Positions 35,033 to 42,091 of a DNA stretch of 64,000 nt are shown here, piece by piece (the stretch's first letter is position 1; each line of letters starts with the position of its first letter). The notes under the pieces were generated by a model. That model saw only the letters and a list, made by a program, of their open reading frames with translations, was not told the DNA's origin and did no database searches. Made by a program: the position numbers and the translations under genes. The DNA comes from Rhodoferax sp. (lineage in GTDB: Bacteria > Pseudomonadota > Gammaproteobacteria > Burkholderiales > Burkholderiaceae_C), in assembly GCA_046348185.1 (NCBI GenBank), contig JAXMER010000015.1, positions 13,834-77,833 on the forward strand, read 5' to 3'.

Positions 35033-36840
35033 TGAAGTCTGTGATGGATCGCGCCATCCACCTGCTGTACGTGCCCACGCTGTGCTGCAACCTCAGTTGC
35101 AGTTACTGCTACCTGGGCAAGCAGACCACCGAAGCCGCTCTCAAGCTGGACGCCCAACGCGCCGTGCCGACGCTGCGCCACACGCTCGATGCACTCAAAG
35201 CCGCGGGCGTGCTGGCCTTCAATGTGTCGTTGCATGGCGGCGAGGTGACCACGCTGCCGCCCCCCGTGCTGGACGCACTGTTCACGATGATCCGCGCCCA
35301 CTACCTGGAGCACTTCGACGCGCACAATGCACTGGGCCACAAGAAGTCCGCGCCACACATCAAGACCAACCTGTTCAAGTTTGCGCCGCTCTACGAATTG
35401 TTCGACCGGCACAAGGTGTCGATCAGCGCCAGCATCGATTTGCCCTTGTCCTTGCATGCGCGCCACCGCACCACGCGCGGCGGTACCGACTGGCTGCCCC
35501 GCACGCTGGACAACATCCGCCTGCTGGCACGCTACCCGCACGCCAAGAAGATCTCGGCCACGCTTAGCAGTGAACACCTGGCCGACATTCCTGCCTTGGT
35601 GCACGACATCTGGTACCTGCACCGCGAGCTGGGTTTCGACATGAACCAGTTCAACCTCATGTTCGCCTTTGGCTCCGAGCTGAACCGCGCCGCCAAGGGC
35701 GAGGCCGTGCTCACGCCCTGCACGCCCGCCCAACAGCAGGCGCTGTACGACGCGTTGACCGCCGAGTTCATGGGCACCGAACTGGAAGAAGGTCTCAAAC
35801 GCAACTGGTTTGACGAATTCAAGCCCAGCTACTGCACCAATGCACCCAATTGCGGTGAGCGCTTTTATCTGCTGCAAAGCGATGGCGCTGTGTACTCCTG
35901 CGTGCGCGGCCAGGGCATTGAGGCCTTTCGCTACGGCAATGTGTTTGACGACCCTATCCTGGACATTCTTGACAACGGCGCGCGCAAGATCCGCGCCATC
36001 CACCAGGCCCAAGGCTTTGATGCCCACTGCCAGGGTTGCAACCATCTGAGCATCTGCAACACCGGCTGCGCCGTGGTCAAGTACCAGAACCAGAGTGGCA
36101 AGTCTTACACCTGTGGCCTGCAGAAAACCATCTACCAGGACAACCCGCTTTCCTACCCGGTTGACAGCCCTACCGAACAGCGCGAGTACGCCCTGCACTA
36201 CCAGCAGACCACGCACCCCAGCTTGGTGTTTGCACAGCCGCCCGCTGCGCTAACCGAGCCGCAATTCGTGCTGCCCAATGACATCGCCGAGCCCAAGAAC
36301 ACGTTGGCGGCCATCATCGCAGCCGATACGGTGCTGCAAACCCTGTTCAGCGACAGCGCCTTTGTGCTGGATTTTCGCGGCGAGCTGCTGCCCCTGGACT
36401 CCCAATTGCTGAAGACACGTCGCACCCAGCACACCCTGGTGGCCGGTGACCCGCTGGTGTTGCACCTGCGCCGCGACGTGCTGCAGGCCAACTGCCTTGA
36501 AGCCATCCGCAACACGCTGTACCTGCAGCTGCTGCGCGACACACCCGTGGTCTACGGCGACGAGCAGCGTACCAAGCAGGAACACATCTTCACCTACCAG
36601 CTCTACGCCAATTGCCTGCAGCCCAGCGCGCGGCTGGGCGAGGACTTCCTGCAGTGCGATCTGACGGATTTGCTGGCGTTGCACCGCGCGCATTTTCGGC
36701 GTGGCGTGCTCAACAACTTGTTCGTGACCACGCTGTATCTGCGCGAGTACCACTACGGTAAGCAAAAGGCCAACGCCTTCTACCATGTGCAAACAGCCAA
36801 CCTGCCGTTTCAGAATTTCGAATTCCACTACCTGCCCTGA
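35032..36840 (+). CDS. Radical SAM / SPASM-domain enzyme with an unassigned ~190-aa C-terminal extension
   Basis: CNLSCSYC (CxxxCxxC), the GGE motif in SLHGGEVT, and a canonical SPASM cluster CQGCNHLSICNTGC (Cx2Cx5Cx3C). ATG 35032 chosen inside ORF 34636..36840. Confidence 0.88.
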   Translation: MKSVMDRAIHLLYVPTLCCNLSCSYCYLGKQTTEAALKLDAQRAVPTLRHTLDALKAAGVLAFNVSLHGGEVTTLPPPVLDALFTMIRAHYLEHFDAHNALGHKKSAPHIKTNLFKFAPLYELFDRHKVSISASIDLPLSLHARHRTTRGGTDWLPRTLDNIRLLARYPHAKKISATLSSEHLADIPALVHDIWYLHRELGFDMNQFNLMFAFGSELNRAAKGEAVLTPCTPAQQQALYDALTAEFMGTELEEGLKRNWFDEFKPSYCTNAPNCGERFYLLQSDGAVYSCVRGQGIEAFRYGNVFDDPILDILDNGARKIRAIHQAQGFDAHCQGCNHLSICNTGCAVVKYQNQSGKSYTCGLQKTIYQDNPLSYPVDSPTEQREYALHYQQTTHPSLVFAQPPAALTEPQFVLPNDIAEPKNTLAAIIAADTVLQTLFSDSAFVLDFRGELLPLDSQLLKTRRTQHTLVAGDPLVLHLRRDVLQANCLEAIRNTLYLQLLRDTPVVYGDEQRTKQEHIFTYQLYANCLQPSARLGEDFLQCDLTDLLALHRAHFRRGVLNNLFVTTLYLREYHYGKQKANAFYHVQTANLPFQNFEFHYLP

Positions 36841-36851
36841 GAGTGCCCACC

Positions 36852-37289
36852 ATGCCAACCCCAGACCTGCAACGCACCGCCTACACCGTGGAATGCTTCT
36901 TGAACGCCCTGCGTCTGGAAGACGGTCCGAGCCGCACCGAAATTGAAGAAGCGCTGGTGCGCTGGCTGATGGACGGCAAGCGCGGGAAGGACGACCACTT
37001 GCTCTACCAGGATCAGACCATCTCCTGCTATAGCCGCCAACGTGTGGTGCAAAGCATGCCGGTTCCTATGGCGCGGCAAAAGCAGACCATCTGGTGCAAT
37101 GCCGACAAACTGTCCTCCATTGACGGCGCGGCGTTCAGCAGCAGCGGCAAGCTCGTCATGCTGGGTACGGCCGGGCTGCTGCTGGGCATGCCTGGGCTGG
37201 TTGCCGCACAGCAAGACCTCAAGGAAAAAAAGCGCAACAGCAATAACAATAACAACAATAACAATAACAACAATAACAACAACGGCTGA
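36852..37289 (+). CDS. Hypothetical tail-anchored protein ending in a 14-residue poly-Asn tract
   Basis: Soluble N-terminal part, hydrophobic LVMLGTAGLLLGMPGLVAA, basic KEKKR, then S-N14-G and stop. Start ATG 36852 or GTG 36843. Its stop overlaps the DTW gene start (TGATG). Confidence 0.6.
   Translation: MPTPDLQRTAYTVECFLNALRLEDGPSRTEIEEALVRWLMDGKRGKDDHLLYQDQTISCYSRQRVVQSMPVPMARQKQTIWCNADKLSSIDGAAFSSSGKLVMLGTAGLLLGMPGLVAAQQDLKEKKRNSNNNNNNNNNNNNNNG
37242..37283 (+). repeat. AAY trinucleotide microsatellite encoding 14 consecutive Asn
   Basis: AAT AAC AAT AAC AAC AAT AAC AAT AAC AAC AAT AAC AAC AAC, directly before GGC TGA. Extremely A/T-rich for this genome. Confidence 0.95.
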
Positions 37290-38077
37290 TGCGCGATTCC
37301 GCCGTTGAACCATTCCCGCCTTGGGGCGTCGCACACGCCGTATCCCGTCTGCGAACGCAGCGTCTGGCGCGTAGCGCCAAGCCCTTTCTGGCCCGTGGTG
37401 GTCCCCGCGGCGAACGCTGCCCAGGCTGCCGCTTGGTTCCCAGTCACTGCATCTGCGCCCTGCGCACATGCCTGCCCACCCATGCAGGCGTGTGCCTGCT
37501 GATGGCCGACATCGAACCGCTCAAGCCCAGCAACACGGGCTGGCTGATTGCTGACACGGTTCAGGACACCTTTGCGTTTGGCTGGGCGCGCACGGAGGTC
37601 GATCCGGCCTTGCTGGCCCTGCTGACCGACCCGCACTGGCAGCCCTATGTGGTGTTTCCGGGGGAGTTTGTGGCGAGCGAGCGGGTCGTGACGCAGCTAC
37701 CGGTCGCTACCCCCGAGAGTCCAGCCGCCAGGCGACCGCTTTTTGTGCTGCTGGATGCAACTTGGCCGGAGGCGCGCAAGATGTTTCGCAAAAGCCCCTA
37801 CCTGGATCGCTTTCCAGTATTGAGCCTGCAAAGCGAGCAAATCTCGCGCTACCGGCTGCGCCGCTCCCGGCGCGACGATCACTTCTGCACCAGCGAAGTG
37901 GCTGCCCTGTGCCTGGAATTGGCTGGCGATTCGCTGGCGGCGCAGACGCTGGACGCCTATCTGGACGTATTCACCCACCACTACCTGCAGGCCAAACACC
38001 AGCTGCCACCGGACCTGGATAGCCCTGCACATGTGCGTATTCAAGCACTGCGATCCGGGGTGGCCAGTGGGCTATGA
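37289..38077 (+). CDS. DTW-domain protein (tRNA-uridine aminocarboxypropyltransferase TapT/TuaA family)
   Basis: N-terminal Cys cluster RCPGCRLVPSHCICA, KPSNTG, and the DxTW motif in FVLLDATWPEARKMF. Confidence 0.8.
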   Translation: MRDSAVEPFPPWGVAHAVSRLRTQRLARSAKPFLARGGPRGERCPGCRLVPSHCICALRTCLPTHAGVCLLMADIEPLKPSNTGWLIADTVQDTFAFGWARTEVDPALLALLTDPHWQPYVVFPGEFVASERVVTQLPVATPESPAARRPLFVLLDATWPEARKMFRKSPYLDRFPVLSLQSEQISRYRLRRSRRDDHFCTSEVAALCLELAGDSLAAQTLDAYLDVFTHHYLQAKHQLPPDLDSPAHVRIQALRSGVASGL

Positions 38078-38135
38078 CCAGGCTGGACGTACAGAGGTCT
38101 AGAGAGGAAGTCTCCATCAGTAGGGATGCAGCGAG

Positions 38136-39014
38136 CTAGCACCTTCCCTGAAGCGCCGCCATCCCGCGCCCCGATGAGATACGGCGGTGAAACATGGCAA
38201 CCGACGCGATCGCGAGCACTGCAAGAGACACCACCGAGCCTTCAAGGCCGTAGGCTCCACCGGTCAACCAGTCGGGGCCACCCAGTTGGCCAAGGAAAAG
38301 GCCTTCTTTGACCTCATGGCCCGACACAGCGATCGACCAGATCGTCCCGAGCGTGTAGTTCCATCCGATATGGATGCCGATACTCAGCCAGATACGCCCA
38401 GTGCTCATGTAGGCGGCTGTCAATAGGATGCTGGCGACAACGGTGATAAAGATGGAAAGCGATGTGGACGAATCTCCGGGCAAGTGCGCGAGCCCGAACA
38501 ATACGGATGACACAAGCAAAGCCCACCGTTCACCCCAGGCTTGCGCGGCGATTCGAAATAGGATTGCTCGAAACAGCAACTCTTCAAAGGTACCAACCAG
38601 GACCATCAGGCCAAAGGGTTCGATCAGCGCGAGGTCGAAGGCATTCACGCGCTGCAGGTGGTATGCACCGCACGCCGCCAGCACGGCCATCACCGCGCTG
38701 ACCAACATGAAGCCCAAACCCAGGCCAGCACCGAGTTCACTTACGGCGGACCGCGTGGCCACTTCGGTGGCAACGCGATGTTCGACGCGTTGTATGTAGA
38801 GCCGGTAGGAGTAGAAAGCCAGCAACGCAGATACGAGTTCCGGCCAGACTGGTCGCCATGCTTTGGGTACCCAAGAATGAAAGACTGCTTCCGGCAGAAA
38901 CGCGCCGGTGCTAAGCACGAGGGCAGCCAGCAGGATGCGTACTACCGGCATGCGCATGGCGCGTTTTTTCCAGGGCGTTTGTGCTGCTTGTGCAGCATCG
39001 GTAACGATGGTCAC
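38136..39014 (-). CDS. CPBP family intramembrane glutamic endopeptidase (CAAX protease-like)
   Basis: Multi-TM protein with motifs FEELLFRAILF (EExxxR), LFGLAHL (FxxxH) and IHIGWN (HxxxN). Confidence 0.88.
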   Translation of the reverse strand: MTIVTDAAQAAQTPWKKRAMRMPVVRILLAALVLSTGAFLPEAVFHSWVPKAWRPVWPELVSALLAFYSYRLYIQRVEHRVATEVATRSAVSELGAGLGLGFMLVSAVMAVLAACGAYHLQRVNAFDLALIEPFGLMVLVGTFEELLFRAILFRIAAQAWGERWALLVSSVLFGLAHLPGDSSTSLSIFITVVASILLTAAYMSTGRIWLSIGIHIGWNYTLGTIWSIAVSGHEVKEGLFLGQLGGPDWLTGGAYGLEGSVVSLAVLAIASVAMFHRRISSGRGMAALQGRC

Positions 39015-39212
39015 AATGTTTTCCTTTTTTTAGCTTGCGACGCCTTTACGGGTGCGGTCACCGTTCGACCATCCAGTGAGTTTCAACTTTTCACAGGTAA
39101 CAGTGTCCCGTGCTCTTGGTGTTTCCCAACATGTGGAATTCCCTGATAACTCGGGTTGCCCAATGTCTGCATGCGATGGTGCGTCGCTACCTCCATTCGG
39201 GCCTGCGCAGGA

Positions 39213-39230
39213 AATTGATGCGCATCAATT
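39213..39230. promoter_or_regulatory. Perfect 18-bp palindrome AATTGATGCGCATCAATT upstream of ppk2
   Basis: Self-complementary over all 18 nt. Lies 41 nt before GTG 39271 and 74 nt before ATG 39304, in a 290-nt lower-GC intergenic region. Confidence 0.4.
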
Positions 39231-39303
39231 GGTGTTGCATGCCATCGGCGTACGATGACCGGCGGAGTCCGTGCGCACTTGGCTGCGCGAGGAGAAATTG
39301 CCC

Positions 39304-40482
39304 ATGACTGAACCTTTGGAACCTTCGCCCAGGCCTGCAGCCAGCACCACCCCCGCGACCGCACACGGTCGGCGTTCGCCGGTACGCCGCAAGATCAACG
39401 ATGCGCGTTCCATTGACACCGTGCAGGACCCGCAGGCGGTGGCGGATATCGTGACGGCGGAGGCAGTTGCTGCGGCGCAGGGTCAGGCAGTGCAGGCGGC
39501 CCTGAATCTGGTGCGTGACGATGCACCCGGCAGCGCCATTGAGCGCGCCAAGGGCTTGCGCGCCATGCTGGAGGGCGCGTCGCCCGACGACGCCCGCGTG
39601 CTGCGCGAGGCGCTTACCGGGCGGATGAAGACGTTGGGGCGCAAGGGGGAAGTGCACCCCGACGAGGAACTTGCCGACGACTGGCGCGATGGGGGTTACC
39701 CGTACCGCAACCTCATGCGCCGTGCCACCTACGAGGCGCAGAAGTTCCATTTGCAGGTCGAGCTGCTCAAGCTGCAAGCCTGGGTTAAGGAAACCGGCCA
39801 GCGTGTGGTCATTCTGTTTGAAGGGCGCGATGCGGCGGGCAAGGGCGGCACGATCAAACGCTTTATGGAACACCTCAACCCGCGCGGTGCGCGCGTGGTG
39901 GCGCTGGAAAAGCCCAGCGACACCGAGCGCGGGCAATGGTATTTTCAGCGCTACGTGCAACACTTGCCCACGCGTGGCGAGATCGTGCTGTTTGACCGCA
40001 GCTGGTACAACCGCGCCGGGGTCGAACGCGTGATGGGTTTCTGCAGTGACGGTGAATACCAGGAGTTCATGCGCCAGGCCCCCGAGTTCGAGCGCCACCT
40101 GGTGCGCAGCGGCGTGCACCTGATCAAGTTCTGGTTCAGCGTCAGCCGCAAGGAGCAGCGCCGACGCTTCAAGGAACGCGAGAACCACCCCTTGAAGCAG
40201 TGGAAGCTCAGCCCCATCGACATGGCCTCGCTGGACAAGTGGGAAGACTACACCCGTGCCAAAGAATCCATGTTCTTCGAGACCGATACGGCCGATGCAC
40301 CCTGGACCGTGATCAAGAGCGACTGCAAAAAACGCGCGCGCCTCAATGCCATGCGCTATGTGCTGCACAAGCTGCCCTATGCCAACAAGGATCTGGCACA
40401 GATCGGCAAGCTCGACCCGCTGATCGTGGGCCGCGCGCACGTGGTGTACGAGCGCGGTGAGCAGCCGGGCGCCATTCTGTAG
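39304..40482 (+). CDS. ppk2: Polyphosphate kinase 2
   Basis: FEGRDAAGKGGTIKRFMEHLNPRGARVVAL...RGQWYFQRYVQHLPTRGEIVLFDRSWYNRAGVERVMGF. ATG 39304 has GAGGAG 9 nt upstream. The GTG at 39271 is the track start. Confidence 0.9.
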   Translation: MTEPLEPSPRPAASTTPATAHGRRSPVRRKINDARSIDTVQDPQAVADIVTAEAVAAAQGQAVQAALNLVRDDAPGSAIERAKGLRAMLEGASPDDARVLREALTGRMKTLGRKGEVHPDEELADDWRDGGYPYRNLMRRATYEAQKFHLQVELLKLQAWVKETGQRVVILFEGRDAAGKGGTIKRFMEHLNPRGARVVALEKPSDTERGQWYFQRYVQHLPTRGEIVLFDRSWYNRAGVERVMGFCSDGEYQEFMRQAPEFERHLVRSGVHLIKFWFSVSRKEQRRRFKERENHPLKQWKLSPIDMASLDKWEDYTRAKESMFFETDTADAPWTVIKSDCKKRARLNAMRYVLHKLPYANKDLAQIGKLDPLIVGRAHVVYERGEQPGAIL

Positions 40483-40494
40483 TTATTTATACAA

Positions 40495-40535
40495 AGCAAG
40501 CGCTTGCTAAAAATAGCGAGGTTTGGTAACCTCGC
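40495..40535. promoter_or_regulatory. 14-bp perfect palindrome AGCAAGCGCTTGCT plus hairpin GCGAGGTT-tggt-AACCTCGC, directly upstream of the TetR gene
   Basis: Palindrome at 40495..40508. The 8-bp-stem hairpin at 40516..40535 ends 3 nt before ATG 40539. Candidate operator and/or ppk2 terminator and/or RBS-occluding structure. Confidence 0.35.
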
Positions 40536-40538
40536 GGC

Positions 40539-41201
40539 ATGAGTGCAATTGCTATAGACACTGGTGGTATGCCGCCGCCCAAGCGCCCACGCGGGCGCCC
40601 GCGCAAATCGGTTGATGCCCGCGACGATGGCAACCGGCGCAAGGACCTGCTGGCGGCGGCGGCGCGGTTGTTTCGGCGTAAGGGCTTTGCCGCCACTACC
40701 ACGCGTGACATCGCTGGTGCAGCAGGCATGCAAAGCGGCTCGCCCTTTTACCACTTCAAGAACAAGGAAGCCTTGCTCTACGCCGTGATGGAGTCGGGCA
40801 TGCACCACGCGCTTGAACGCCAAAGCACTGTGGTGCACAGCGATGCGTATGCGCAGCTGCCTGCCGCACAGCAACTCCATGCCCTGGTGCGTATGCACTT
40901 TGAGATCTTGCTGGGGCCGGGCAATGACTTCGTACCCGTCATGTTGTACGAATCCCGCTCGTTGCCGCCACGCCAGCGCAAGGCGCTGGCCGAACTGATT
41001 GCGGCCTACGAAGCCACCTGGCTTCCCGTGCTGGAGCGCCTGCACCAGCAGGGCCTGCTTCGCGCGCCGGTACGTCTGGCCCGGCTGCTGATGCTGGGTG
41101 CGTTGAATTGGTCGGTGCAGTGGTTCGATCCGAAAAAGGGTGCTGATCTGGCACCGCTCACCGACGCCGCCGTGGCCCTGTTCTTGAAGGAAAGTGAATG
41201 A
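40539..41201 (+). CDS. TetR/AcrR family transcriptional regulator
   Basis: RKDLLAAAARLFRRKGFAATTTRDIAGAAGMQSGSPFYHFKNKEALL. Confidence 0.9.
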   Translation: MSAIAIDTGGMPPPKRPRGRPRKSVDARDDGNRRKDLLAAAARLFRRKGFAATTTRDIAGAAGMQSGSPFYHFKNKEALLYAVMESGMHHALERQSTVVHSDAYAQLPAAQQLHALVRMHFEILLGPGNDFVPVMLYESRSLPPRQRKALAELIAAYEATWLPVLERLHQQGLLRAPVRLARLLMLGALNWSVQWFDPKKGADLAPLTDAAVALFLKESE

Positions 41202-42091
41202 GTTACCGTTCTGTTTTTGCGCCTGGCCTTTTTGCGCGCCAGGTGATGGTGGTTACAGGGGGCGGTTCGGGCATCGGACGCTGCACCGCGCATGAGCTCG
41301 CCAGCCTGGGCGCCCAGGTGGTCCTGCTCGGGCGCAAGGCCGAGAAGCTGCAAGCCGTTGCCGCCGAGATCCAAGCCGACGGAGGTTCTGCCACCTGGCA
41401 TGCCTGCGACATCCGCCAGGAAGATACCGTCAAGTCGACGGTGGCTGCCATCGTGGCGCAGCACGGGCAAATCGACGGTCTGGTCAACAACGCTGGCGGC
41501 CAGTACATGACCCCGCTGGAATCCATCAGCGCCAAGGGCTGGGAGGCTGTGGTCAACACCAACCTGACTGGGGGCTTTCTGATGGCGCGCGAGTGCTACC
41601 TGCAAAGCATGAGCAAGCGCGGAGGGGCCATCGTCAACATCGTGGCCGACATTTGGGGTTCCATGCCGGGTATGGGGCACAGTGGTGCGGCGCGTGCAGG
41701 TATGGTGAGCCTGACCGAAACCGCCGCGGTGGAGTGGGGTGGTGACGGCGTGCGTGTTAATGCCGTGGCACCGGGTTACATTGCATCGAGCGGTATGGAC
41801 AACTACCCCGTGGAGGCCGCACCCCTGATCCGCGCCATGGCGCAGACGCTGCCGCTGGGGCGCTTTGGCACCGAGGCGGAGGTGGCTGCGGCCATTGTCT
41901 ACCTGCTCAGCCCAGCAGCCTCCTTTGTCAGCGGCACCATCGTGCGGGTGGACGGCGCGCGGCCCCAGGCCCGCATGGGCTATCCCATGAAGGCAGCGGA
42001 CGCCCAGGCGCGCGAACGTAGTGCCATTGCACCCTTCAACGGTTTTCACCGGGCACGATTGCCCAAGGTCTTTGGAGGGGAAGGCGCATGA
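41198..42091 (+). CDS. SDR family oxidoreductase (enoyl/dienoyl-CoA reductase-like)
   Basis: VVTGGGSGIGRCTAHELASLGAQVVLLGR. ATGA overlaps with both neighbouring genes. Confidence 0.85.
   Translation: MSYRSVFAPGLFARQVMVVTGGGSGIGRCTAHELASLGAQVVLLGRKAEKLQAVAAEIQADGGSATWHACDIRQEDTVKSTVAAIVAQHGQIDGLVNNAGGQYMTPLESISAKGWEAVVNTNLTGGFLMARECYLQSMSKRGGAIVNIVADIWGSMPGMGHSGAARAGMVSLTETAAVEWGGDGVRVNAVAPGYIASSGMDNYPVEAAPLIRAMAQTLPLGRFGTEAEVAAAIVYLLSPAASFVSGTIVRVDGARPQARMGYPMKAADAQARERSAIAPFNGFHRARLPKVFGGEGA

Noticed and set aside
34807-36216. 469-aa minus-strand ORF
   Set aside because: Antisense to the radical SAM gene, which has unambiguous CxxxCxxC and SPASM motifs. Shadow ORF.
39187-40440. 417-aa minus-strand ORF
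   Set aside because: Antisense to ppk2. Low-complexity translation.
40539-40570. Possible thirteenth type-1 copy (GCAATTGCTATAGACACTGGTGG, peptide SAIAIDTGG) at the TetR gene start
   Set aside because: It shows only a partial resemblance. There is no TAGCCCCCG head at the fixed 17-nt distance and no complete palindrome.
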